Shown: positions 49,061-59,220, numbered from the stretch's first letter. The stretch: 64,000 bases of DNA from Candidatus Bathyarchaeota archaeon (GCA_963726255.1 CAVSBL010000002.1:1088001-1152000), one strand, 5' to 3'. Notes: a model not told the origin generated them from the sequence alone. Numbers and translations are program-made.

Positions 49061-49744
49061 TTGACTAGGCCATCCGAAGTCGTCACCTCCGCGGAGGGCG
49101 AAGTATTCGACGTGGAGCTTGAGGTTGACATCCTAAAAGAAAACCAACGCCTCGCCGACGAGAACAAGAAGAAGCTGGGTGTGAACAAGATCCATGCGAT
49201 CGACGTTATGGGTTCCGTGGGGTCAGGAAAAACCTCCCTCATCAAGGCTATAGTTTCGAAACTCAAGCACAAATACCGAATCGCAGTCATTGAGGGCGAT
49301 GTAACGACGACGATTGATTCTGAACTCATCGCATCTGAGGGAGTTCCGACAGTTCAGGTCAACACTGGCAAAGAATGCCACTTGGACGCGAACCTGATCA
49401 AGAAAGCTTTGGATCGACTGCAACTCGACCGGCTCGACCTGATATTCATCGAGAATGTCGGAAACCTGATTTGCCCAGCCGAGTTCCCGCTTGGGTCTGA
49501 CAAGCGGTTGGTCGTGATCAGTGTGACGGAGGGCCCCTACATGGTTCTCAAACATCCAATGATGTTCCTAGGCGCCGACGTGGTAGCCATAAACAAGGTA
49601 GACTTGGCCAAGGCAATGGAAGTTGAACCCAAGAAACTCAGCGCGGACGTTGCTAGACTGAACCCGAAGGCCGTTACGTTGCACACAAGCTGCAAGAATG
49701 GAGAAGGGGTTGAAGCAGTCGTTAAGGCGCTCGGCTTGAGCTAG
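49061..49744 (+). CDS. hypB: hydrogenase nickel incorporation GTPase
   Basis: GSGKT, ECHLDA, ENVGNLICP, NKVD. Confidence 0.95.
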   Translation: MTRPSEVVTSAEGEVFDVELEVDILKENQRLADENKKKLGVNKIHAIDVMGSVGSGKTSLIKAIVSKLKHKYRIAVIEGDVTTTIDSELIASEGVPTVQVNTGKECHLDANLIKKALDRLQLDRLDLIFIENVGNLICPAEFPLGSDKRLVVISVTEGPYMVLKHPMMFLGADVVAINKVDLAKAMEVEPKKLSADVARLNPKAVTLHTSCKNGEGVEAVVKALGLS

Positions 49745-49755
49745 GCGTTTGGAAT

Positions 49756-50172
49756 ATGCATGAGTTTTCGTTTGCTTCATCAATTGTAGAATCGGTTCTT
49801 GACCTGGCAACCAAGCAAGGAGCGAGTAGGGTGTTAGAAGTTCATCTGAGAATTGGAAAGCTGAGGGCCCTGTCGATTGAGCAGTTGCGCTTTTCCTACG
49901 GCATCCTTGCTGAGGGGGCCATTCTTGGAGGCTCCCAGCTCATTGTAGAGGAGTCAAATGGAAGCCTTACGTGTGGTCATTGCGGGTATCATGCTGAATT
50001 CGACCCAGAGGGCGATTCGTCCTTCCACTTTGGGATACCGCCGCTGATCTGCCCGGGGTGCGGTGGCGCTCTAAGTATCGAAGGCGGTGACGAATGCCTG
50101 ATAACGAGCGTTCGAATGGTCCTTCCGACGACCGTGGGAGGAAACCAGGCAGCGGGTAATGCCACGAATTAA
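49756..50172 (+). CDS. hypA: hydrogenase nickel metallochaperone
   Basis: MHE, CGHC, CPGC. Confidence 0.93.
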   Translation: MHEFSFASSIVESVLDLATKQGASRVLEVHLRIGKLRALSIEQLRFSYGILAEGAILGGSQLIVEESNGSLTCGHCGYHAEFDPEGDSSFHFGIPPLICPGCGGALSIEGGDECLITSVRMVLPTTVGGNQAAGNATN

Positions 50173-50295
50173 GTTGACTACGTAGCGCCATTTCTCTATA
50201 TAGAATTGCTGCGGAATATATAACTGGTCACTATCGCTGACACTAATTCCGGTTTACGGGCGTCATCTAAGTAATGGCGACAGAGTGAACCAATA

Positions 50296-51390
50296 TTGGA
50301 GATTAGAAAGGTTCAGAGAGTCGGGCATTCGACGTTAACAGTCTCCCTCCCAAGGGACTGGGTCAGGCAGGTTGGACTGAAGCAGGGAGGCGTAGTAACA
50401 CTCCGCCTTTCCGAATTCGGCGAACTCATAGTTACTCCAGGGAGTGAAATAGAATCAGAAGAAATGGCCGTCTGCAAGATAAACGCCGACGCCTGCAGGG
50501 ATCACGAATTTCTTGGTAGAATGATCACTGGGAACTACATCTTAGGCCGCGACACCATAATTATCTCATCATCGAAGGATCTGACCCCAGAACAACTAAC
50601 CGAAATCCGTAACTCAACCCGGAGGCTAAGCGGTCTAGGCATCGTGGAGCAAACTCCAAAGGAAGCAGTGGTTCAATGTTTCTTGGACCCCTCCAAGTTC
50701 ACAGTTACTGGAGTGCTATCACGCCTTCACAAAGTAGCCGTTTCAATGCTCGAGACTTCTATGCAGGCGTTAGTTGACCGGAAGTTTTCTCTAGCGGTGG
50801 AAGTGTTAGAACTCGAGAACGAAGCCGATCGGCTGTACTGGTTGATCCTGCGGCAGATATTTCGGGCAATATCGAAGATACCACTATCGCGCCATGTTGG
50901 AATAGAATCAGCAACAAACGCAGTTGGTTACCGTGCTGTCTCGAAATACTTCGAAGAGATGGCTGACTGCAGCGAGTCAATCGCTAGCTTAGTACTCTCC
51001 ATGGCTGATGAAAACTGCGCCGAATACGCCACTGTAATTGACGAAGTGTGCAAGTTCGGAGCTGAAACTCTCGCCATATCGAACAGTGCGATGGATTCGT
51101 TGAGCATGCTGGATGTCGAGTTAGCTAACCAAGTAATCGCACGCTCAAAGCACGCTGAGGAACATGAAAAAGACATCATAGAGCTCGTTGTATCATCTGT
51201 TCAAGAACGCAAACTGGCAATAGCCCTTAGGGGAATAGTATGGAACCTAGCGGAAATATGCCGCTCCGCTCAAATGGTCGCCGAGGTAGCAATGAACCGC
51301 TACCTTGAAAGCAATAGCGACATGTGTCAATTTTGGAAAGAGCGGAAGAACGGGGGAGACGTTCAATACCTGAAGAAGGTCGTAGCCTAG
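50296..51390 (+). CDS. AbrB-PhoU transcriptional regulator (paralog)
   Basis: RKVQRVGHSTLTVSLPRDW plus PhoU repeats. Confidence 0.9.
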   Translation: MEIRKVQRVGHSTLTVSLPRDWVRQVGLKQGGVVTLRLSEFGELIVTPGSEIESEEMAVCKINADACRDHEFLGRMITGNYILGRDTIIISSSKDLTPEQLTEIRNSTRRLSGLGIVEQTPKEAVVQCFLDPSKFTVTGVLSRLHKVAVSMLETSMQALVDRKFSLAVEVLELENEADRLYWLILRQIFRAISKIPLSRHVGIESATNAVGYRAVSKYFEEMADCSESIASLVLSMADENCAEYATVIDEVCKFGAETLAISNSAMDSLSMLDVELANQVIARSKHAEEHEKDIIELVVSSVQERKLAIALRGIVWNLAEICRSAQMVAEVAMNRYLESNSDMCQFWKERKNGGDVQYLKKVVA

Positions 51391-52844
51391 ACTCATTCTT
51401 TGAACCCAAATCCATAGCCATCGTAGGCGCATCGCCCACACCTAGCCGCATAGGCTACGTGATGGCCCAAAACATGGTGACCAATCACGCGAGAGGAGTC
51501 TTCAAGGGCGAAGTCTACCTCGTAAACCCGAAACGCAACGAAATCCTCGGCCAGAAAAGCTATCCGTCAATCTCAGCGATCCCAAACCCCATCGAGACAA
51601 TTCTAGTCGCGATACCCGCTGTAGGAGTCCCAGACGTAATTGAAGAAGCTGGAAAGATGGGGACAAAAGCAGCTATCGTGATATCGTCAGGTTTCGCAGA
51701 GGTCGGCAACCGAGCGTTAGAAGAACAACTCGTAGATGTGGCAAGAAGATACGGCGTCAGAGTAATAGGGCCCAACTGCCTAGGAATCTACGATGCCTAC
51801 ACTGGAATGGACACGCTGTTCCTTCCCGAAACAAAATTCCTTTCCGACGGCCGCGAAGTCGTTGCCACCCCGCGGCCGAGACCTGGTTCGGTTTCGTTTC
51901 TAACCCAAAGCGGAGCCTTCGGCGCGGCAGCGCTGGACTACATGGCAGGCCATGGAATGGGTATACGCGGATTCGTTAGTTACGGAAATAGGTGCGACGT
52001 GACGGAAGACGAACTCCTTGAATACTTCGCAAACGACCCCCAAACCAAAGTTATCCTCATGTATGTTGAAGGCCTAGCTAAGGGACGGAAGTTTCTCGAG
52101 AGAGCGAAGGACACGACGCGAAAGAAACCTGTCGTCGCGCTCAAGTCAGGCAGGACTGAGGCAGGAACAAGGGCCGCGGCATCCCATACAGCAGCGTTAG
52201 CTGGAATAGAACAAATCTACGAGGGAGCATTCAGGCAGGCAGGAATCATAAGGGTTCGAAACGTTGAAGAACTCTTCGACTTTGGGCGCGCATTAGCCCT
52301 ACAGCCACCCGGTTACACTCAGAGCGTAGCCGTTTTGACGAACGCTGGCGGACCAGGAATCATTGCGGCGGATGCGTTGGAAGAATCAGGATTGAAGGTC
52401 CACAAATTCTCCGAACGAATTATGACACAGTTTGATGCCTTCAAAGCGAAGAAGCTACTTCTACCAGTACTTTCAGGGTTTAATCCGATGGACCTTTCAG
52501 CCGAGGCCACGAGCGAAATGTTTTCGCTTGCCCTCTCAACGATCTTGGACGACCCCGAAATAGGAGGGCTTGTGTTGATTACATTGCACCATGCGCCAAC
52601 AATTCTTGATGATGCTGTAGATAAGATCGCGAAAACTGTACCCAAGTACGGCAAACCTGTTACAGTCTGCGACATGGGCGGGACCGAAATGGCAGAAACC
52701 ATGAGAATGGCGTTTGAGAAAAGGGGAATACCGTCTTACTCAGTGCCCGAAAGGGCCGCACGCGCCCTCTGGGCATTGGTCTACTACGGGACTTATCTGC
52801 AAGACCATGGTGTCGTAAAGGCCGCAGGGGAAATCGAAGCCTAG
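51324..52844 (+). CDS. acdA: ADP-forming acyl-CoA synthetase alpha subunit
   Basis: IVGAS, GPNC, QSG, SHT, TNAGG; start uncertain. Confidence 0.93.
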   Translation: MSILERAEERGRRSIPEEGRSLDSFFEPKSIAIVGASPTPSRIGYVMAQNMVTNHARGVFKGEVYLVNPKRNEILGQKSYPSISAIPNPIETILVAIPAVGVPDVIEEAGKMGTKAAIVISSGFAEVGNRALEEQLVDVARRYGVRVIGPNCLGIYDAYTGMDTLFLPETKFLSDGREVVATPRPRPGSVSFLTQSGAFGAAALDYMAGHGMGIRGFVSYGNRCDVTEDELLEYFANDPQTKVILMYVEGLAKGRKFLERAKDTTRKKPVVALKSGRTEAGTRAAASHTAALAGIEQIYEGAFRQAGIIRVRNVEELFDFGRALALQPPGYTQSVAVLTNAGGPGIIAADALEESGLKVHKFSERIMTQFDAFKAKKLLLPVLSGFNPMDLSAEATSEMFSLALSTILDDPEIGGLVLITLHHAPTILDDAVDKIAKTVPKYGKPVTVCDMGGTEMAETMRMAFEKRGIPSYSVPERAARALWALVYYGTYLQDHGVVKAAGEIEA

Positions 52845-52859
52845 GATGAGACTTTCCTT

Positions 52860-54023
52860 TTGTCAGCCACAAGTCTACCTAAGTATGTTGAACAGCTGAA
52901 AGCCCGCCCTCTGGACCAATTCATGTCCAGTCCAGTTGAATTATCAGCTGACAGCAACCTCGCCAAGGTAGTAGGACTGCTAAAAGAACGCGGCGTCTAC
53001 GAAGTCTTCATTCCGGAAAGCAGTCGTTGCGGAATGATATGCACGAGGGACATTCTGAAGACAACGAACATCGAAACGACAAAACCAAGCGCCCTGATGT
53101 CCTACATACCTTCGCTTGGCAAAGATGCGCTTGTCAGCGAAGCGGCGAGACTGATGGCGGACTACAGGGTGAGAGCCGTACCCATATCCGACGGCCGCAA
53201 AATCGTAGGCCAAGTAAACTGCGCAAGCATCCTTCTGGAGCTGAAAGGTAAGATTGGTGGTGACCTGCGAATTTCCTCTCTTGCGACAAAGAACCCGATC
53301 ACGGTCGACGAAACAGCAGCAATCGGTAAGGCGAGAGAACTCATGGTCCGGAAGCGAATTGACCACCTACCCGTAACTTCAGGCGGTCGAGCAACTGGAA
53401 TCATAACCTCATTTCAAATCGTCACGAGTATGTCCCCACCCGAACGCGTTGGGAGCAAATCGATGAAACCGGAAACCCGGAGTAGTCTAGACTTTCTTGT
53501 TGGAGACGCAATGGAGCGAGATCCCTTGACCTGTCAACCTGAAACTAGCGCCGAACAAGCTTTAGGTACGATGCTAAAGAGCGCGAAGACTTACATTCTC
53601 GTCAACCAATGGGAAGAACTTCAAGGGATAGCCACACAACGGGATTTCATGTCCCTGCTTGCGGAGGTGGAACCTGAACCTGAAGTCCCGATATTCATGG
53701 TTGGACTTCCGGAAGACCCCTTCGAAGCTGAGGCAACGAAAGCGAAGTTCAAACGAACAATCAATCAACTTCACCGTCATTTTCCCGACCTTCTCGAGGC
53801 AAGGTCCGTCATAAAATCGAAATACACGAAACCCGGAAAGGAACGAGGACGGTATGAAGTGACGGTGCACATCAAAACCCCCACGAACTCCTACAGCTAC
53901 TCAGAGGGCGGGTGGGAACTCCCCGTCATATACGACATAATAACGGACAGACTTAAACGACTGTTGACGCAGAAACAAAAGCGTCGAAGAACCCGCGATA
54001 GGGAGCGCCAAGAAACAGTCTGA
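52860..54023 (+). CDS. four-CBS protein with C-terminal HPF/RaiA-like domain
   Basis: repeated CBS motifs; C-terminal beta-alpha-beta-beta-beta-alpha pattern. Confidence 0.75.
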   Translation: MSATSLPKYVEQLKARPLDQFMSSPVELSADSNLAKVVGLLKERGVYEVFIPESSRCGMICTRDILKTTNIETTKPSALMSYIPSLGKDALVSEAARLMADYRVRAVPISDGRKIVGQVNCASILLELKGKIGGDLRISSLATKNPITVDETAAIGKARELMVRKRIDHLPVTSGGRATGIITSFQIVTSMSPPERVGSKSMKPETRSSLDFLVGDAMERDPLTCQPETSAEQALGTMLKSAKTYILVNQWEELQGIATQRDFMSLLAEVEPEPEVPIFMVGLPEDPFEAEATKAKFKRTINQLHRHFPDLLEARSVIKSKYTKPGKERGRYEVTVHIKTPTNSYSYSEGGWELPVIYDIITDRLKRLLTQKQKRRRTRDRERQETV

Positions 54024-54054
54024 ATCGTTTTGAACCATCGGGAGTAATCAGTTC

Positions 54055-56076
54055 TTGCTGCTACCTACCAGTATGAGGCGGGTCGAGATCATTGTCCCGC
54101 AGAAAAAGTTCGATGACGTAATGCTCTACCTCCGCGAGCAGAATGCGATTGAACTCCTCGACATGAAGGAGATGATCAAGGGGTACGGCGGGGGCGTAGT
54201 TTCAACAACAGTCTCAGACCGACTGTACCGCCTAACGACACTTGAGTCAAAAATCAATTCAATCATCGCAGCACTCGAAATTACCTCACGCCCAAAACAA
54301 GTTCTCGTGGAACCAAGAATTTCAGATGAAGAACTGGGCAAAGTAGAGAAACGAATCGCCGAAATCGAACAACAGGTAACTGTGCTCACTACTGAAGCCC
54401 AAGCCCTCGAGTCATTAGTAGCCTACGCGGAGCGCCAGCTTCAGCTCAGTATAGATGAGATCCTGGGAATAGAGAATGTAAACTCCCCCGAGGGAAGACA
54501 CAGGCTGGAAGAAATCGTCGCCGGTATATTTCAGACGCTGAAACCCTCAGAGCTCAAAGTCGCGGGGCCGGTCGGAGAATTAATTCAACCCAAGGCATTG
54601 GAAGATGCCGTTGTCAAAGACATTACAAATAACGTAACCACGATCCTAACAACAAAGCGCGACAGAACAGCAGTTGCTGATGCCGTGACCCAGACGCTAG
54701 GCCTCAAACTGAAAACCGTGTTCAGGAACAAACGCTTGGCCTACGAGCCGACCAGCAGAATTGAAGAAGCGAAGCGAAGGCTCAACGAACTCAAAGACAA
54801 ACTCGACGACATCAGCAGAACCGGCGGTGAATACCTCCTAGTGAACAGGGAGGTAGTCGGGGCAGAGAGAGCCTTCGAGCAAGCGAAGGCCTACACTGGC
54901 AAAACAGAATCCACTTCTATGATTGAAGGTTGGGTGCCCGCATCAAAGCTAGGCAAAATCAAGTCAGCGCTTCAAGAAATCTGCGACGGAGAAGTCATAA
55001 TCAAGGATTGGGCTAGTAAGCATGCCCCAACTAATGTCGCTAAACCCAAGCTCCCAATGCTTCAGATTTTCGAGAAGCTGACGATCGGCTTCGGCGTCCC
55101 CAAGAGTGATGAAATCGACCCAACGATTCTGTGGCTCGTCACCTACCCACTCTTCTTCGGATTCATGTTTGGCGACGTGGGTAACGGAGTTGTAGTAATC
55201 ATTGTTTCAGCTATGTTTTGGCTCAAGAAGAGACAGGGCTTGGTAATTCCAGACACCGCTTATGGCGGTATGGGAGGAGTATTCAATATGATAATTCAGG
55301 GAGCACCCTTACTTGTGCTCAGCGGCGCGTCAGCGCTCGTTGTGGGGTTCCTCTACGGGAGCGTTTTCGGAAACGTTCAGTGGTTCCGATTGATCACAGG
55401 GCTTCCCGGGCCACTGTGGTTCGAACCTTTCGATAATATACGGCTCATGTTGAGGGTATCCATTACTATTGGTGTTATTCACATAATGTCAGGCCTCTGC
55501 CTCGACATCTTCAACAAGGCCTACGCAAAGGAATACCGCGAACTAGTCTCTGGCCCACTGGTATGGCTTTGGTTCTACGGCGCGTTCGGAATAACCTTGC
55601 TGCAATATGGCCTGCGGTTTCCAAACTATCTTTTTGACCCCCGTAACACAACTGACCTCTTCCTGAGGATTGGCATCCCGCTGATCGCTATGATGGTGCT
55701 CAAGTTCTGGTCGGAGGGGCCCATGGGCCTAATGCATGCATTCGAAAATCTTCTGTCGTCCCTGTCCCACACGATCTCCTACGTCCGAATCTTGGCCATG
55801 AAGCTAATCGAGGATGTCTTCTTCCGACTCTTTCTGGGAGTCCTGTTGTTCTTCATGGCCTGGGGCAATATTGGAGGGGCAGTACTCGGATACGTGCTTT
55901 TCGCAGCCCTAACTATCGTTCTAATACTGATCTTGGAGACCGCTTTCGTATTCATGCAGTCGCTTCGACTTCACTGGGTCGAATGGTTCATGAAATTCTA
56001 TGGAGGCAGCGGCACAGCCTTCAAACCCTACGGGGCCGAACGAACCCATACAAAGGTTCGTACAGGCGTACCGTAG
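54055..56076 (+). CDS. atpI: A/V-type ATP synthase subunit I (a)
   Basis: EGWVP, EIDPT, FGFMFGDVG, SYVRI, RLHWVEWF.KFY. Confidence 0.9.
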   Translation: MLLPTSMRRVEIIVPQKKFDDVMLYLREQNAIELLDMKEMIKGYGGGVVSTTVSDRLYRLTTLESKINSIIAALEITSRPKQVLVEPRISDEELGKVEKRIAEIEQQVTVLTTEAQALESLVAYAERQLQLSIDEILGIENVNSPEGRHRLEEIVAGIFQTLKPSELKVAGPVGELIQPKALEDAVVKDITNNVTTILTTKRDRTAVADAVTQTLGLKLKTVFRNKRLAYEPTSRIEEAKRRLNELKDKLDDISRTGGEYLLVNREVVGAERAFEQAKAYTGKTESTSMIEGWVPASKLGKIKSALQEICDGEVIIKDWASKHAPTNVAKPKLPMLQIFEKLTIGFGVPKSDEIDPTILWLVTYPLFFGFMFGDVGNGVVVIIVSAMFWLKKRQGLVIPDTAYGGMGGVFNMIIQGAPLLVLSGASALVVGFLYGSVFGNVQWFRLITGLPGPLWFEPFDNIRLMLRVSITIGVIHIMSGLCLDIFNKAYAKEYRELVSGPLVWLWFYGAFGITLLQYGLRFPNYLFDPRNTTDLFLRIGIPLIAMMVLKFWSEGPMGLMHAFENLLSSLSHTISYVRILAMKLIEDVFFRLFLGVLLFFMAWGNIGGAVLGYVLFAALTIVLILILETAFVFMQSLRLHWVEWFMKFYGGSGTAFKPYGAERTHTKVRTGVP

Positions 56077-56158
56077 CCTGACCTCGAAATATCGACGCCA
56101 CCCGTTTATATCAGCCTTGTCGCTTTCGTGTCAGACAGTTCAGACGGTGGTATAATCA

Positions 56159-57475
56159 ACGAGTAGTACTGCTTCACAAGTACAGGCAGTCAATGACATT
56201 GTCGCGGAGCTACAGGATTATGGCCTAACTCGCAATGAAGCTCGCGTTCTAATCTTCCTAGCCAAGACCGGCCCTTCGAAAGCCAGCGAAGTAGCTCGGG
56301 GAGTGCAAATCAACCGGACAGAGACCTACAGGACAATAAGAAACCTACAGCGCCGCGGACTCGTGGAAGCTACACTCGAACGGCCAGTGCGCTTCCAATC
56401 CGTACCTTTCGACAGGTGCCTACGTATCCTAATCGATGAAAGAAAGGCGAAGTTGAGAATTCTCGAGCAACGTGGCGAAGAGTTGCGCCGCCACTTCGCG
56501 GACGTTCGGGTTGAACCCGTCAGCCAGGAAGTTGAACGTTTCCAGGTGGTTGAAGGCAGGCTTCGAATTGAGCAACGGTTACTCGGTATGTACGGCCAAG
56601 CTCAAAAATCCGTCATGACCGTTCTCTCGCCGTCCGAAGTGATACGAGCCGATACCTCGGACCTGCTCGACAGGCTTGGTGACGCTGCAAAGAACGGCCT
56701 TCGAGTAAGGGTGATAACCTCGATAAATCAAAGCAACTTGGGAATTGTCGAGAAGCTTCACGGAAACATTGAGATAAGGCATATTGACTTGAAAGCAAAA
56801 CCGATTCCTCGGGTTTCCATAATCGATGATAATGAAGCCCTCTTCGAAATCACAACTGCTGACGAAAGTTCGAGAAGCGACGAGGAAGTCGCATTATGGA
56901 TTAACAGCCACGCTTTCATAAGAAACCTTCAGGCGTACTTCGAAGAGATGTGGAATTCCAGCACGCTGGCTGAAGGCCGGTTGGAGGCACTGCGAAGAGG
57001 AATACCGTCGGACGACCTAAGAATTTTCAAGGGCAGAAGCGAAGTAAGCAGGAAACTCAATGAGATGATAGCGTTAGCCAACCAGAGTGTTGAGATTTGG
57101 ACAACGATGAGGGGAATTCAAGCCATCGCAGACTTCCATTTCGACCAGCTCAAAGAAGCAAAGGCTAGAGGTGCGAAGATACGCATCATAGCGCCCATCA
57201 CGAGCGAGAATACAGAGGGGGCCCGCAAGCTTGTCCCCGTTTCAGAATTACGTTATTCTGAAGCTCTCGGGCCAGCGGGAATTGCGATTTCTGATCAACG
57301 AGAGTTGATGTTGTACGAGAGATTGCCTGACGACCACAACGCCGATGTCGGCGCAGACGTAGGATTCTGGACCAATAGTACACGCTTCATAGAAACAATG
57401 AGCAGAGCCTACGACGCGATGTGGAAAGGCGTATTTGCGATCTATGCTCCAAAACGCCGCGGACTACACAGATAG
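56159..57475 (+). CDS. TrmB family regulator with two effector domains
   Basis: GLTRNEARVL HTH is in frame upstream of GTG 56303; start uncertain. Confidence 0.85.
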   Translation, partial: TSSTASQVQAVNDIVAELQDYGLTRNEARVLIFLAKTGPSKASEVARGVQINRTETYRTIRNLQRRGLVEATLERPVRFQSVPFDRCLRILIDERKAKLRILEQRGEELRRHFADVRVEPVSQEVERFQVVEGRLRIEQRLLGMYGQAQKSVMTVLSPSEVIRADTSDLLDRLGDAAKNGLRVRVITSINQSNLGIVEKLHGNIEIRHIDLKAKPIPRVSIIDDNEALFEITTADESSRSDEEVALWINSHAFIRNLQAYFEEMWNSSTLAEGRLEALRRGIPSDDLRIFKGRSEVSRKLNEMIALANQSVEIWTTMRGIQAIADFHFDQLKEAKARGAKIRIIAPITSENTEGARKLVPVSELRYSEALGPAGIAISDQRELMLYERLPDDHNADVGADVGFWTNSTRFIETMSRAYDAMWKGVFAIYAPKRRGLHR

Positions 57476-57528
57476 AATCCCTATCGCGACGCTGACCGTT
57501 AGAGAAGTGACGAATAAGGTTCTGTACT

Positions 57529-58398
57529 TTGCCTAAGTCGAATTTTGGATGCCAGCTTCCCCAGGACAGCGATGATTTCGACCACGTGATCGAAGTGGCG
57601 AAACATTGTGAGAGCCTCGGCTACGACAGTGTCTGGGTCTATGACCACCTGTCCCCTTTCTGGTCATGTTCCGGCCGAGCGTTGGAGTGTTGGACTACTC
57701 TCTCGGCAATTGCTGCGCGGACGAACAGCATTAAGGTCGGCACGCTAGTGACAAACGTTGGCCTACGCAACCCGAGTTTGCTTGCCAAAATGTCGAGCAC
57801 CCTCGACAACATCAGCAACGGCCGGCTAATCCTCGGCCTCGGCACCGGTGACAAAATGAGCCACGAAGAACTCCATTCGCATGGGTATAAGTTTCACGAC
57901 CTCAATGAGAGAATCGAACGCCTCAGGGAATGCATTGTGATTCTGAAGACCATGTGGACCAAAGAAGAAGCCACGTTTCACGGAAAACACTACCAGATTT
58001 CAGGTGCACTTAACTTTCCGAAGCCGAAGCAACAGCCACATCCACCGATCTGGATTGGTGGACGACACTTTAGGATCTTAGATGTCGTCGCAGAGCATGC
58101 TGACGGTTGGAACCACTGGGGGCTCAGCAAAGATGGAGTCGAACGTCGAAACGAATACCTCAACAAAAGATGCGCTGGGTATGGGCGTCAGCCAAACAGT
58201 ATTCTAAGATCGTGGTCGGGAACCTTTCGGCGACTTTCAGAGGGCGCTGGGAATAATTCGGAAGCAGTCCGGAATATTGCTGGGAAGTTGCAAAAACTGG
58301 CTGGCCCAGAAACTGCATACTTCATTGCGTCGTTCGACTCACGTGCCGGACCGGAAAGTTACCAAGCCTTTGCCGACGCAGTAAAGAGCTTCTCTTAG
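57529..58398 (+). CDS. LLM-class (F420/flavin) oxidoreductase
   Basis: GYDSVWVYDH, GRLILGLG, PKPKQQPHPPIWIGG. Confidence 0.92.
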   Translation: MPKSNFGCQLPQDSDDFDHVIEVAKHCESLGYDSVWVYDHLSPFWSCSGRALECWTTLSAIAARTNSIKVGTLVTNVGLRNPSLLAKMSSTLDNISNGRLILGLGTGDKMSHEELHSHGYKFHDLNERIERLRECIVILKTMWTKEEATFHGKHYQISGALNFPKPKQQPHPPIWIGGRHFRILDVVAEHADGWNHWGLSKDGVERRNEYLNKRCAGYGRQPNSILRSWSGTFRRLSEGAGNNSEAVRNIAGKLQKLAGPETAYFIASFDSRAGPESYQAFADAVKSFS

Positions 58399-58399
58399 G

Positions 58400-59128
58400 A
58401 TGCTCCCTATGCCTCTATTCAGTCATAGTAGGCCAAGAACTCGCCAAATCACGTTGGCCGCGTCCTTTGCCGCGGTCTATTTCGTGCTCCGAAGTGTTCC
58501 CACATTTCAAATGGTCGGAATTTCCAGCCGATTCACTGCGGGCGATCTTCTTCTGACCTCGATTGCTCTGCTCTGCGGCCTTTGGAGCGGCACTCTTTCA
58601 GTCTTCATCGGAACAGTTCTGGCCTATGGCGTTAGGCCACCTGTGTTCTTCGGCCTCGATTTCCTTCCAGCCCTTGTCAATGTCACTGTGGCCGCTCTTT
58701 TGCTCTCAGGCCGCTACAGAATCGCACAGGGAATTTACGGTACAGTCTTTCTTGCATTCATCTTGAGTCCTTACAGCCTATTGTTTGGCTTTGGCTACGT
58801 ACCTTACACGTGGCTGCACATTGTCGCACTCATCCTCCTTCTATCGCCAATCGCCCCCAAGACCCCTCGGTGGGTAAACAGCTCTGGTTTGCAGCAGATC
58901 GTAGCAATAGGATTCCTAGCCTTTGTAGGCACTATGGGACAACACCTCGCGGGGGGCCTTCTTTACGAATTGGCGGCAGGGTTCGTCGGGGGCGTGAGCC
59001 CAGCCAATTTCATGGAATTCTGGAGGATCATCTTCTGGCTTTACCCAATCGAACGGCTCCTAATCGTTGCCTTTTCCATGTTCATAGCGCTGGCCATGAA
59101 ACGCTCCCTAAGGAAATGGGTTCCGTAG
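58400..59128 (+). CDS. membrane protein, ECF S-component-like
   Basis: multi-TM; GT..QH..G, YPIER. Confidence 0.65.
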   Translation: MLPMPLFSHSRPRTRQITLAASFAAVYFVLRSVPTFQMVGISSRFTAGDLLLTSIALLCGLWSGTLSVFIGTVLAYGVRPPVFFGLDFLPALVNVTVAALLLSGRYRIAQGIYGTVFLAFILSPYSLLFGFGYVPYTWLHIVALILLLSPIAPKTPRWVNSSGLQQIVAIGFLAFVGTMGQHLAGGLLYELAAGFVGGVSPANFMEFWRIIFWLYPIERLLIVAFSMFIALAMKRSLRKWVP

Positions 59129-59220
59129 CTGGTTTCGAGGCCGCTCTGAGGTCGCCGCGAAATTTTCGGTGATTAGGGTTCGGTTCAGACAACGGAGAGA
59201 AAGCCGTTGGCTCTCAATTG

